IMG/VR virus record: IMGVR_UViG_3300017978_000154
Span: 7,367-71,366 of that record
Origin: a virus
DNA length: 64,000 nt
Reading direction: 5' to 3' (one strand)
Translations under genes and position numbers: made by a program
Shown: in pieces, positions 53,805 through 63,719 of the stretch
How positions within the stretch are numbered: the first letter of the stretch is position 1
Layout: each line of letters starts with the position of its first letter
The notes under the pieces: model-generated
Databases searched by the model: none
Told to the model about the DNA's origin: nothing
The model's input: only the letters and a program-made list of their open reading frames with translations

Positions 53805-54959
53805 TTAGAACGGAATTTCTTCCGATTCTGGGTTGAGAGACACAGGTGCAACAGGGGTCACCTCTGGCTCAGGATTTGCAATCTTGTCATACAAGTCGAT
53901 GAATGCAGCTTTCGTTGCAGCATCGAAGCGATTGCAACAAAGTTCGATAGCCTTATCTTGTTTCTTGAAGATCGCAAAGGCACGAACGATGTGGGTCATA
54001 CGACGAGTCGTAATTGTTTCATCAACACCACCGTCATCGAAAGTCTTGCGGATAGCATCAGCCCACTTCACCAAGTTTTCGGCGAAGGTTTTATCCAGAC
54101 ATTCGTACGAGGTCATCAGGTTTTCAACAATCTTACCTTCAATCTTAGCTGAAGGATATTCTTGGTTGAACGTAACAGCGAAACGCTCCAAGAAGGCTTC
54201 GTTCAGAATGTTGGTACCAATATAGCGACCATCGTCTGAACCTTTACCCTTGGTGTTGGCAGTGGCGATAATGTTAAAACCCTTGGCTGGAACGATCATC
54301 TCGTTCTTCAGCTTGAAGTAGTATGGCTTGCCCTCGAGAATAGGTTGCAAGCAAAGCAGGGTGTTAGCAGCACCTGCGTCAATTTCGTCCAGCAACAGAG
54401 TAGTGCCAGAGCGCATAGCGATAAGAACTGGTCCTTCAACGATCTCAACGTTGCCTTCTTGCAAGGTCTTAGAACCAATCAGTTGTTCTTCGTCAACCAT
54501 CATGTTCAGGTTGACACGAATCAGGGGACGTTTGTGCTTGGCACAAATCTGTTCCACCATCGTGGACTTACCATTACCAGTTGGACCAGAAATGTAAGCA
54601 GGGTAAAAGATTTGAGACTTGATGATGTTCTCAAGATCGGTAAAGTTACCGAATGGAACAAAATTAGGGTCTTTCTTGGGGATCAACGACTCAGTGTTCG
54701 TATAGTCAACTTCAAATGAACTCACGGGTTCTTCCTTCATAACAACATTGGACTTGCTGCCAGAGACAGCATACAAGCCACGACCTACTTTATTGACCAT
54801 CAACCACTTTGGTTGCTTAGTCGTACCAAGTGCTTTCATAACTGACAGCAATTCTTGATTCTTTACAGTACCGCTGGACAGTGCGTCAGGGTACATTTCA
54901 TTCATCTTAGCCTCGAACTCGCTTTGAAACAGGGTGTCTTTACTCATCAAATTCTCCAT
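53805..54959 (-). CDS. CobS-like AAA+ ATPase (MoxR/AAA_5 class)
   Basis: Walker A ISGPTGNGKST. Walker B LLLDEID. Downstream vWA partner. Confidence 0.65.
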   Translation of the reverse strand: MENLMSKDTLFQSEFEAKMNEMYPDALSSGTVKNQELLSVMKALGTTKQPKWLMVNKVGRGLYAVSGSKSNVVMKEEPVSSFEVDYTNTESLIPKKDPNFVPFGNFTDLENIIKSQIFYPAYISGPTGNGKSTMVEQICAKHKRPLIRVNLNMMVDEEQLIGSKTLQEGNVEIVEGPVLIAMRSGTTLLLDEIDAGAANTLLCLQPILEGKPYYFKLKNEMIVPAKGFNIIATANTKGKGSDDGRYIGTNILNEAFLERFAVTFNQEYPSAKIEGKIVENLMTSYECLDKTFAENLVKWADAIRKTFDDGGVDETITTRRMTHIVRAFAIFKKQDKAIELCCNRFDAATKAAFIDLYDKIANPEPEVTPVAPVSLNPESEEIPF

Positions 54960-54980
54960 AATTTATCAGACTATACAAGT

Positions 54981-55009
54981 ATTATACCTGTTTTTGGAAT
55001 AAAAGTAAA
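54981..55009 (-). promoter_or_regulatory. Sigma70-type promoter TTTACT-N17-TATAAT (minus strand)
   Basis: Reverse complement of attata at 54981-54986 and of agtaaa at 55004-55009. Confidence 0.5.
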
Positions 55010-55048
55010 GCTCTTTTTTGAGACCTCAAGAGCCTTACTCCTACAGGT

Positions 55049-57184
55049 TTAGGCAACGTACCCGATGAATCGGCTCAGCAAGATTCGGCTGGTTTTCTTG
55101 GTATTCAGGAATTTTCCAAGATTTGTAGCCAAACGACGAGCCGACATATCCGAGTCAACAATCAGTTCGCTTTCGTCGATTTTAGTCGATTCAGCTGGGA
55201 CAATGAACAAGTCGTCGCGACCAGTACCTTGCATAGAGTAAAAACCTTGACGTTTGAACTCTTTACGCATCTCGTCAATAACGTTCTCTACATTACCATT
55301 AAATCCAAACAGGTTATCTTTGATGGCAGCATTCAAACTACTACGACGGTTTGAACAGATGTAGAAACCAATCGTGCGGATGTCATAACGGTCTTTGATC
55401 ATCTTCAACAAGGTTTCAGTTTGTTGACCAGCATCGTAACCGAACGGATAAGTCTTCTTTGTCACAGGGTCGCGCACAAGGTGCTTAACCTTGTTGCCAT
55501 AGCTATAACGGCTGATACCACCAGACGCTTGCAACGAGCCACCACAACCATCAGACAAAGTAATGAAGTTCATCTTTTCGATACGATTGTTCTTCATGTA
55601 CTCGCCGATGTTACTGTAAACCCACAACAAGGCTTCGTTCAACGGAGTACCACCAAGGTCGTAACCCTTATGCCAGAAAACACGTGGGTCAAGCAACTTC
55701 TTGATCATACCATTGAACTCAGAAGTAGACATACGGTTAGAGAACAATTCCAACAGATTGAAGTGACCAGCATCGATCACAGAATCAGTTGAGTCCTTAA
55801 TGATACGGTCGCGAAGTTGCGAAGACTTCTTGTATCGTTTATGATACACATCACTATCACGATCGACGTATTGGCTAGTGAAAGCAAATACACGGTATGG
55901 AATCTGCGCCTTGTTACAGAACATAGCAAGGTTGATAACCTGTTTGATTGTATCATCAATGACGTCAGCCATAGAACCAGACCAGTCGATCATCATAATC
56001 ATGCCGTGGTTTTTACCCTGCGGGATAGTAGTCACACGCTTGAACAAGTCGTCTTGCAGTTGGTAGGCAAAAACCTTACGCATATCCAAAGAACCAATCT
56101 TAGAAACCTGAGCACGCTTATACAGCTGAGCAGACTTCTTCATTTCAAATTCTTTGACCAAGTAGTTAACCGAACTCACGGAGTCAGTCTTGAACTTGTT
56201 TACAGCAGCAGTTTGCTTTTGAGCGAATTGTTCTTCAGACTTAGAACCATAAACACGGTTGTGATAATACGAACCAACGGAAACGTTGGTGAAGTCAAAG
56301 TCCAAGTCTTTCAAAACTTGTTTGTAACCAATGATTGGATCAAAGCCAAGCGGTTCAACTTTATGATAGCGATACTCAGTAGATTGATCAGCCAATTCTT
56401 CAAGACGTTCAGAGAACGCACGGTCGGTCACAGACTCAAGATCTTCTTCAGTTTGATTTTGACCAGCACCTTTACCCTTGGCAGACTTTTCACCTTCTTC
56501 GGGTTCACCGTCATCTTCTTCTGCATGCCAGTCGTCGCCGTCAATATCGAGGTCGTCGATATAATCAGGTTCACCGTCACCACCATCACCTTCATCTTCG
56601 CCAGCAGCTTCACGTTCTTGCTTTTTCTTTTCGGCTTGCTCTTTAGCAAACTTGTAGATGTCTTTAGCAAGTTCGATAACTTCGTCAATAGATTCAGTGC
56701 GTTCGGCACGGTTGACGAAAGGCTTTTCGTCTTGGTCAAACTTAACACCACACTGGAAACCTGCTTTGAAATACAGGTTGATGCGGTCAATAAGGTTGAG
56801 TGCGTCCAGAGAAGCAACTTTGGAAACACCAAAGAAGTCCTTGTCGTTGAGTTGCTTGTAACCTTCGTTCATGCGCTTGCGCAGACCAGGATACTTGCGT
56901 TTGATGAGCTTCTCAATACGAACATCTTCAAGAATGTTCATGTATGATTTCAGCTTGGGTTGTTCCTGAATAGGTTTGATGTATTTGTCGAGGGTATAGA
57001 GAGCGTGACCAACTTCATGACCCACGAGCATATCCTCGATCTCAGGGGTCATGTCCTTCCACATCGGAAGGGTCAGTACACGTGATTTGATATCAAAAGA
57101 CGCAGTCGGTGCGTTGCTACGAACAACAGTCAGGTTCTCAGTAGCAAGCAGTCGAGCGGAAAGGTCGGTTGCCTTAATTTCCAT
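55049..57184 (-). CDS. CobT-like von Willebrand factor A domain protein with an acidic insert
   Basis: MIDAS motif MMIDWSGSM (DxSGS). Acidic stretch DDLDIDGDDWHAEEDDGEPEEGE. The large antisense ORF 55817..56947 is judged spurious. Confidence 0.65.
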   Translation of the reverse strand: MEIKATDLSARLLATENLTVVRSNAPTASFDIKSRVLTLPMWKDMTPEIEDMLVGHEVGHALYTLDKYIKPIQEQPKLKSYMNILEDVRIEKLIKRKYPGLRKRMNEGYKQLNDKDFFGVSKVASLDALNLIDRINLYFKAGFQCGVKFDQDEKPFVNRAERTESIDEVIELAKDIYKFAKEQAEKKKQEREAAGEDEGDGGDGEPDYIDDLDIDGDDWHAEEDDGEPEEGEKSAKGKGAGQNQTEEDLESVTDRAFSERLEELADQSTEYRYHKVEPLGFDPIIGYKQVLKDLDFDFTNVSVGSYYHNRVYGSKSEEQFAQKQTAAVNKFKTDSVSSVNYLVKEFEMKKSAQLYKRAQVSKIGSLDMRKVFAYQLQDDLFKRVTTIPQGKNHGMIMMIDWSGSMADVIDDTIKQVINLAMFCNKAQIPYRVFAFTSQYVDRDSDVYHKRYKKSSQLRDRIIKDSTDSVIDAGHFNLLELFSNRMSTSEFNGMIKKLLDPRVFWHKGYDLGGTPLNEALLWVYSNIGEYMKNNRIEKMNFITLSDGCGGSLQASGGISRYSYGNKVKHLVRDPVTKKTYPFGYDAGQQTETLLKMIKDRYDIRTIGFYICSNRRSSLNAAIKDNLFGFNGNVENVIDEMRKEFKRQGFYSMQGTGRDDLFIVPAESTKIDESELIVDSDMSARRLATNLGKFLNTKKTSRILLSRFIGYVA

Positions 57185-57207
57185 AATAAACTCCTATCAA
57201 TACAAGT

Positions 57208-57236
57208 ATTATAGCTCATTTTGGAATAAAAGGCAA
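57208..57236 (-). promoter_or_regulatory. Sigma70-type promoter TTGCCT-N17-TATAAT (minus strand)
   Basis: Reverse complement of attata at 57208-57213 and of aggcaa at 57231-57236. Confidence 0.5.
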
Positions 57237-57260
57237 GCGATTTCTTGAACCCCTGTAGAA

Positions 57261-58982
57261 TCAAGGGGTTGCGATGACCGAAAAGTCGTTACGCTTCTCG
57301 AATTTGATGACCGAACGGAACTTATCGAACAGCTGATCACCCTTATGGGAGATAACAAAGACGTTGGAGTTTTCACCCAAAGTATTCATTAGATTCAAGA
57401 AGTAGTCAGTACCAGCTGTGTCTAACGAAGAATCAAAGATCTCATCCAACAGCAACAGGTTAGTGTTCACCGAGTTCTTCATCTTAGCAATTTGACGCCA
57501 AGTGAAAAGGATAGACAAGTCGATGCGCATCTTTTCACCTTCAGAGAAACTAGCATAAGTAAAGTCATCGCGGAAACGACTCTTCACAGATTCATTGAAA
57601 GACTCATCAAGTTCAAAGTGAATGTAAGCATCCATTGCTTGGAGATACTTGTTGATGAGTTTATTCATCACGGGTAAGTATTCACGGATGATAGCTGTCT
57701 TAATGCCAGTATCTTTTAACAACAACGAAGCAACTTCTTCAAGGTTACGATGTTCTTGAAGAGCAGTCTTGGATTTGATCTTACCCATAGCATCTTCAGC
57801 TAACTGTTTCAGCTTGGCTTTCTCTTCATCAAGATTTGTCGTGTTCGTTTGATGAGTTTCAATCTCTCTTTCGAGGGAAGTAATCTGTTTGTTAATAAGG
57901 GTGATAGCGGAGTTCTTTGTTGATAACTCGATGTTCTTTTCTGTAATCTGGTCCAACACTTCGTTAATGTTAGATAGTCTTTCATTGAGAGACCCAAGAA
58001 CGGTTTCGAGTTCAGCAACTTTAGAATTTTGATCATCAACCTTTGCGTTGAGATCGCTGAGGATTGACTCTTTGTGTTCATGGGGGATACCCTGAGCACA
58101 AGAGGGGCATACATCATGTGAAGTAAAAAATTCTTTATGGTGTTCTGCTGTTTCAATCTTGTTGTGCAGCTTACTTCTGATTGACTTTGCCTTTTCGATA
58201 TCTTCTTGTACTTTCTTCTTGTCCTCAATCTGATTCTTAAGATTTCCAATTTGTCCGATAAGCTCATCAACCTCGAGTTGATTTCGCTCAACTTCTTTAG
58301 CGCTGCTTGCGATTTTCTCTTGGATGGATCTAATATTATCTGCCCTCGCATCCGAGATAGTTTTAATAATTGCATTTTGTGCTTCGACTTTAGTTTTTGC
58401 ATTCGCAATCTCGGTTTCGATCCTAGCAATTTCTGCCTTCGTATCACTAGCCTTCTCCTTCAATAACTGATTCATGGTAGAGAAGATACGAATATCAAGA
58501 ATGTCCTCAATAACTTCTCTACGTTGTGCTGAAGACAACTGCATGAATGGAACAAAAGAAGCTGAGCCTAAGATAACAACCTGTGTGAAGGTTTTGTAGT
58601 TCAGCTTTAAAATTTGCTGCTCAAGAACCTTTTGATAATCTTTAGCAGCAGCGTCTTGGTTGATGAGTTCGTCATCGCACCAGATTTCAAACTTGTTAGG
58701 TTTGATACCACGGATAACTTTATATGACTTACCATGTACACTGAATAGAATCTCAACCAAGCAGTTCTTACCGTTGATCGAGTTAATTAGCTGACCCTTG
58801 TTAATATTTCTAAAGGGTTTGCCAAACAAAGCAAAGCACAATGCGTCTAAGATAGTAGACTTACCTTCACCGTTCTTACCAATGATAAGAGTAGTGGTGG
58901 ATTTGTTTAGCAGAACTTTGTTGGCAGAATTACCAGTTGATAAAAAGTTTTTCCATTCAATGGATTCAAATACAATCATCAA
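57261..58982 (-). CDS. Recombination endonuclease subunit gp46 (SbcC/Rad50-like ATPase)
   Basis: Walker A IGKNGEGKST, long coiled-coil, C-terminal signature/Walker B LLLLDE. Confidence 0.85.
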   Translation of the reverse strand: MMIVFESIEWKNFLSTGNSANKVLLNKSTTTLIIGKNGEGKSTILDALCFALFGKPFRNINKGQLINSINGKNCLVEILFSVHGKSYKVIRGIKPNKFEIWCDDELINQDAAAKDYQKVLEQQILKLNYKTFTQVVILGSASFVPFMQLSSAQRREVIEDILDIRIFSTMNQLLKEKASDTKAEIARIETEIANAKTKVEAQNAIIKTISDARADNIRSIQEKIASSAKEVERNQLEVDELIGQIGNLKNQIEDKKKVQEDIEKAKSIRSKLHNKIETAEHHKEFFTSHDVCPSCAQGIPHEHKESILSDLNAKVDDQNSKVAELETVLGSLNERLSNINEVLDQITEKNIELSTKNSAITLINKQITSLEREIETHQTNTTNLDEEKAKLKQLAEDAMGKIKSKTALQEHRNLEEVASLLLKDTGIKTAIIREYLPVMNKLINKYLQAMDAYIHFELDESFNESVKSRFRDDFTYASFSEGEKMRIDLSILFTWRQIAKMKNSVNTNLLLLDEIFDSSLDTAGTDYFLNLMNTLGENSNVFVISHKGDQLFDKFRSVIKFEKRNDFSVIATP

Positions 58983-60034
58983 ACAACCTCAACGTTGACG
59001 GCTTCAGTATATAAAGCACGCATATATGTTTTAATCTTTTCTTTATCTAAATCAGTTTCAATAGAGTCAACGTAGTGACCAAGAACTGACAAGGTATCCT
59101 CAAGGTTGATTGACTCATCAATTTCACCCTCTTGGAATTCAGACATATCTTCCACGACCTTAATATCGTGGCAACCCTTATTATATAACTTTTGAACGAA
59201 GCGGTCAAATTTATAATAGTCAGTCTTGTTTACAACTACAAGTTTGACATACTTACCTTGTAAGTCTAATGTATCTAGATCGACAGGCTCTTGCTCTTTA
59301 TCGTTATATTCGACTCGGGCAAACATACTATAAGGATTTCGGATGAAGGTGAGCTTTCTACTTCCAAGATCAAACAGGTGAAACCCTCGGGGATCGTTGT
59401 AGTCTTGCCAAGTAAGTTCATAGGGGTTTCCGACGTAGTAGATATGCCCATCATCAGACTTGTGATGATAATGCCCGCTAAAAACCATATCAAACTTATC
59501 GAATGTTTCTTTAGAAAGACCATCATGAGATTCCATACCTCTATACATTGCAAAGCCTGCGATTTCAAAGTGACCCATACAGATTTCAGCTTTGGTATCA
59601 TTGATAGTGTCGATAGAGTCTTTGTAGTTCTCTGGACAAATCCAAGGCATCATACAGATTGGGGTTTCATCAACGTAGATTGTAGCAGGGTGATCAATCA
59701 CGTTGATATTGTCATACTCGCGCAATAGCAAGTCTGGTGAGTTTACGTCATTGGTATTTTTGAAGTAAGTATCGTGGTTACCAGCAAGCATATGAACAGT
59801 GATACCTGCGTTAGCAAGACGATCAAAAAACATCGCTTTCGCTCTTTGGAGTGCGTAGAAGTTAACATACTTGCGACGATCAAAGGTGTCACCAAGAACA
59901 AGAACGGTATTAATGTTATGTTCAGCAAGTGTAGGAAAGAAGACGTCATTATAAAACTTCTCAAAGTAATCTAGGAATGCGATACTATCGTTGCGAGCGC
60001 CAAAGTGTTGGTCTGTGATAATTGCTACCTTCAT
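58979..60034 (-). CDS. Recombination endonuclease subunit gp47 (SbcD/Mre11-like phosphoesterase)
   Basis: MKVAIITDQHFG, GDTFD, GNHD, GHYH calcineurin-like motifs. Confidence 0.85.
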   Translation of the reverse strand: MKVAIITDQHFGARNDSIAFLDYFEKFYNDVFFPTLAEHNINTVLVLGDTFDRRKYVNFYALQRAKAMFFDRLANAGITVHMLAGNHDTYFKNTNDVNSPDLLLREYDNINVIDHPATIYVDETPICMMPWICPENYKDSIDTINDTKAEICMGHFEIAGFAMYRGMESHDGLSKETFDKFDMVFSGHYHHKSDDGHIYYVGNPYELTWQDYNDPRGFHLFDLGSRKLTFIRNPYSMFARVEYNDKEQEPVDLDTLDLQGKYVKLVVVNKTDYYKFDRFVQKLYNKGCHDIKVVEDMSEFQEGEIDESINLEDTLSVLGHYVDSIETDLDKEKIKTYMRALYTEAVNVEVV

Positions 60035-60588
60035 TCTTCTACACCTTCCTCACCATAGTTGTTAGTGTCTTCAATAAACTCATCAAGAGTGTTTGTCTTT
60101 GCTTTCTTTTTCTTTTCTTTACGTTGAATAAAAGAATCGTCAAACGTTCCATGCTGCTGCATGAACTCTAGATATTGGTTGTGGTATTCACCATCATCAC
60201 CTTCTTGTAACTCGAAAGCGTCGAACGGCATGTTCTGAATTAACATACCCTTGATATATGATTGCTTCTTTTCTTTAGCGATCCTGCGAAGAAAAGCGTA
60301 GTAGATAATTTGGGTGAAGTATGCGAATGGGTTGCTTGATTTATCAGGGTTGAAGTTGTCCAAGTATTGGATGCAGTTTTCAATCCCATCAAGTACCATG
60401 TCGTCTCGATAAGAATAATTGATAAAGTTGGGTTTGTATGCTAAGTGGTTAGCAATTTTGAGAATACAGTCACCAACGTAGTTTGGAATAATCGGTTTTG
60501 GTAACCCAGCTTCTTTTGCTTTTTCTACATTTTCCTTATGGGCAATAAGGGCAGCGAGAAAGTCTGCGTTGTTTACATAGTGTGCCAT
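60031..60588 (-). CDS. Late-transcription sigma factor gp55
   Basis: 185 aa. YVNNADFLAALIAHKE vs T4 gp55 YVNNKELLQAIIDWKT. Same length as T4 gp55. Confidence 0.8.
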   Translation of the reverse strand: MAHYVNNADFLAALIAHKENVEKAKEAGLPKPIIPNYVGDCILKIANHLAYKPNFINYSYRDDMVLDGIENCIQYLDNFNPDKSSNPFAYFTQIIYYAFLRRIAKEKKQSYIKGMLIQNMPFDAFELQEGDDGEYHNQYLEFMQQHGTFDDSFIQRKEKKKKAKTNTLDEFIEDTNNYGEEGVEE

Positions 60589-60626
60589 TAAATATATTTC
60601 CTCTTTTAAAATAGAGGCATGTTCAT

Positions 60627-60655
60627 ATTATAGTTGATAGCACTACAAAAGGCAA
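60627..60655 (-). promoter_or_regulatory. Sigma70-type promoter TTGCCT-N17-TATAAT (minus strand) for gp55
   Basis: Reverse complement of attata at 60627-60632 and of aggcaa at 60650-60655. Confidence 0.5.
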
Positions 60656-60759
60656 GTTTTTATATCTTGAGAACTTACAAGAACTAGAGGATCAAAATAT
60701 ATTTGCCTTTTACTTGCCACCCCAATATAATAACCGTGTTGGGTTTGATATGAGTGATT

Positions 60760-61230
60760 CTAATGTACTGTATCGTTACCTTCCATAACGGAAAGCATAA
60801 CGTCTAGTTCTTCTTCTGGAATGTCTCCTCCAGCGATAGCTTCAAGCATCTCGATCCTTCGGTTGATCTCGTCTATCGTGAGATGCTCTGCATCGTCGAA
60901 GTATTCGCTGAGCTTCTCTTGGATGGAAGATCTCGTTGTTGGAATCAACGCTTCTTCGTAAGACTTTATAAAGTTTTTGTAATGCGAGATAAATTGCGAA
61001 TGCAACTTCTTAATGTAAACGATATGTCCCTTTTCAAGAACGAACGTTGTCGCATCAGAGAACTGGCATAGTGGAGATGCCGATATTGATTCTCGTCCCA
61101 GCTCTGGGATTATTGTAGTCTTGATTTGAATAGGGTAATCAATCTTGACATGTTTCTCGTCTTCACCCTCAAAAGTTGCCATTACTGTTTCACCAGAAAT
61201 TAGTTTGACAACAACATACTGCTTATCCAT
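60760..61230 (-). CDS. Hypothetical protein
   Basis: ORF track only. Confidence 0.35.
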   Translation of the reverse strand: MDKQYVVVKLISGETVMATFEGEDEKHVKIDYPIQIKTTIIPELGRESISASPLCQFSDATTFVLEKGHIVYIKKLHSQFISHYKNFIKSYEEALIPTTRSSIQEKLSEYFDDAEHLTIDEINRRIEMLEAIAGGDIPEEELDVMLSVMEGNDTVH

Positions 61231-62743
61231 ATAAGTTCACTTCCACCATTTTCAATTTAAATTCTTCTTCAACATACGTTTTGTAGCGTTCAGCTGCATG
61301 ATTCAACGTATGATTCTTCCAAGACTTCCAATGCAAGTCATCTGCAATATCGTACAAGTTGCAGGCAACCTTTCCATCTTTCAAACGCAAACCTCTACCA
61401 ATAGATTGAAGGTTACGAATCTTTGACTTACTTGGCGAAGCAAAGATAACGTTCTCAATAGAAGGAATATTAATACCTGTCGAGAAAGTTCCATATGAAG
61501 CGATGATAATCGCATCACTTTCTTTTTCTGTAATATGACGAATTGATTCACGATCAGTAACGTCAGTGCCACCGTGTACAAAGAATACGTGGCGACCTTC
61601 CTTTACTTTATTACTTATAAGATCGTATAGAACTTTGCCGTGCTTTTCAACGTATTGAAAAAGAACCAGCGTATTGCCGTTAGAATTTACTGCCAGGTTA
61701 CGGATAAACTTGTTACGCTTTTCATTGCCAACAAGAAAGTCCATTTCATCTTGGTATGTGTTCTTATTACGTTCTTTACGAATCTCTTCGCTATATTTCA
61801 TTATCAGACACGTTATATTTAGCGCAGATAATTTCCCTGAATCCATTAGTGCTTTGGTAGTGGTTACACGGTGTACTGGTCCAAACACACCTTCAAGCAC
61901 TAGCTGGTGAATCTTCTTGTTATCTAACGTGCCAGTTGTACCAATACGGTGCTCAACTGTATCAAGTTTCTCCATGATAGTTGTCAACGATTTAGCTTTA
62001 AATTGGTGAGCCTCATCACCAAAGATAACATCAAACTGTTTGAACCATGACTTAGGTTGCAGGTAGATAGACTGCCATGTAGTGATCAGTACGTCTTTGG
62101 TAAACTCTTTAGGGAAACCGCTGTATAGTTTCTGACAGTGGTTCTTAACATCAAAACCGTTAGCTGAAGAGTAGTCTTCAAAGTCAGCATACATTTGCTC
62201 AACAAGCGAAGTAGTTGGTACAATCAAAACGATCTTACGTTTGTTATTGATATGCCAACGCATTGTGCTGTAAATGATTAGCGACTTACCTGATGCCGTT
62301 GGAGATAACAGTAATGTACGTTGCTTATTCAAAGCAGTGTATACAGCTTCAAGTTGATAGTCTCGGATTTCAATAGGTTGTCCGCGACCTCTTAAGTTTA
62401 ACCAATCGGTAAACTCTTTGATGACGTCCATACTAACTTCTTCATTGCCACCAAACACTCTACCTTTTGATTGTAATTCATAACCGTTACGTTCACAGAA
62501 CTTCTCTAGGTATTCATACAAACCAATGTATAAGGTTTTACGGAATTGATCATACAAGCGTACCTTACCGTCCCACAACCGTGCTTTAAATTGTGGAGTA
62601 AACCTTGCTCCTGGGTATTCGTAAGTAAAGAAGTCTGCTAGTTCTTGTTCAACGGAAGCGTCGCCAAAAACACGCATGTAAACTTCATCTAGTTTTTCTG
62701 CGTATAAAGTAGTCATTACATACCAGCTAAGAATCTCTTCCAC
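61223..62743 (-). CDS. uvsW: UvsW helicase (SF2, DEAH)
   Basis: FTPQFKARLWDGKVRLYD...LEKFCERNGY aligns with T4 UvsW FNPRFRYGNWDGRIRLLD...IKKFCDNFGY. LLLSPTASGKS and GDEAHQF motifs. Confidence 0.85.
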   Translation of the reverse strand: MEEILSWYVMTTLYAEKLDEVYMRVFGDASVEQELADFFTYEYPGARFTPQFKARLWDGKVRLYDQFRKTLYIGLYEYLEKFCERNGYELQSKGRVFGGNEEVSMDVIKEFTDWLNLRGRGQPIEIRDYQLEAVYTALNKQRTLLLSPTASGKSLIIYSTMRWHINNKRKIVLIVPTTSLVEQMYADFEDYSSANGFDVKNHCQKLYSGFPKEFTKDVLITTWQSIYLQPKSWFKQFDVIFGDEAHQFKAKSLTTIMEKLDTVEHRIGTTGTLDNKKIHQLVLEGVFGPVHRVTTTKALMDSGKLSALNITCLIMKYSEEIRKERNKNTYQDEMDFLVGNEKRNKFIRNLAVNSNGNTLVLFQYVEKHGKVLYDLISNKVKEGRHVFFVHGGTDVTDRESIRHITEKESDAIIIASYGTFSTGINIPSIENVIFASPSKSKIRNLQSIGRGLRLKDGKVACNLYDIADDLHWKSWKNHTLNHAAERYKTYVEEEFKLKMVEVNLYG

Positions 62744-63153
62744 TCAATGGCGGATTTAATTTGCCAGTCTCTGGCTTTAAGCTGTCCTAAGATAGATTCT
62801 AAAAGATAAATCATTGTTTCAAGGTACTCTGCTCGAACCTTTAATGTGCATAGTTCAGAGTCACCGTTTAAGAACTCGTCCATTTCGTTCTTTAAAGGTT
62901 TAACACCTTGCCACTGATTCCAACCAAGCTGCTGCAGTTCATCTCTACCAAGTTCACCTCGATAGTAGCGGAATTTGTTTTTACGGAGTTGATTGTAGTC
63001 TGCTTGAAGTTTAGTGTATTTGAGCTTTACACCAATAAGTAACTTCAAGTATTTGGAATGTAGTTTTGGGGTATGGGTTGCATTCTCGCCGAGATAATTG
63101 TCATCAATCACGGCATCCTTTTCCCATTCATTTTGTATCTCATCAAGTGTCAT
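62716..63153 (-). CDS. uvsY: UvsY recombination mediator
   Basis: MTLDEIQNEWEKDAVIDDNYL...SKYLKL pattern matches T4 UvsY MRLEDLQEELKKDVFIDSTKL...SKWLNK. Confidence 0.65.
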   Translation of the reverse strand: MTLDEIQNEWEKDAVIDDNYLGENATHTPKLHSKYLKLLIGVKLKYTKLQADYNQLRKNKFRYYRGELGRDELQQLGWNQWQGVKPLKNEMDEFLNGDSELCTLKVRAEYLETMIYLLESILGQLKARDWQIKSAIEWKRFLAGM

Positions 63154-63177
63154 AATATCTCCACGCCTTCGGCGAAA

Positions 63178-63714
63178 TTAAGTATTGTCTATTGTAAAGT
63201 ATGAATATTTAAAAGTTGCAGAACCAATCACATAGTTAACGTCCATCGCTGTCGCTTCAAACTGAACAGGGTCTAAAGAGATAGGGAAGATGTCGTAAAA
63301 CTTAAATGAATTAGTTGGGTTGTTTTGAGCATCTAAAACCGATACAGTTGCATCAGAATAGTTTCTAGCTAACTCAGAGTATATAGTACCGTTTTGCGAG
63401 TTCATATAATTTGAGTATTGAATATGATCTTCTGGATAACCTAAAGCTACCATCCAATTGAAGATAGACTTATAATTTGACATCTTATCATCAACTAGGA
63501 ACTGAAGAGTCAATTCAGAGAACGTCATAATTTCACCTGGGATTGGCGTATTAATGAACGGTGTCGCTCTATCAATAGATGCTAGTGTGATTGATGGGAT
63601 CGTAACACGTTGACAAAAGAAAGAAACTTCAGGTAATTTTGAAATGCTGAAGTTAAATCCGTTGGGTGATAACGGGTTAAGATTGTTTGGGTATAGAGAA
63701 TCAGATAGTGCCAT
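63178..63714 (-). CDS. Structural protein with a tail-tube (gp19-like) fold signature; tentative
   Basis: FNFSISKLPEVSFFCQRVTIPSI vs T4 gp19 FQVEISYLGQNFTFQCKATALPAGI. Confidence 0.35.
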   Translation of the reverse strand: MALSDSLYPNNLNPLSPNGFNFSISKLPEVSFFCQRVTIPSITLASIDRATPFINTPIPGEIMTFSELTLQFLVDDKMSNYKSIFNWMVALGYPEDHIQYSNYMNSQNGTIYSELARNYSDATVSVLDAQNNPTNSFKFYDIFPISLDPVQFEATAMDVNYVIGSATFKYSYFTIDNT

Positions 63715-63719
63715 ACTTG

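Noticed and set aside
55817-56947. 376-aa plus-strand ORF
   Set aside because: Antisense to the CobT-like vWA gene. Low-complexity translation, no motif.
57809-58447. 212-aa minus-strand ORF in an alternative frame
   Set aside because: Lies entirely inside the gp46 (Rad50-like) CDS in another frame. K/R/L-rich composition mirrors the coiled-coil codons.
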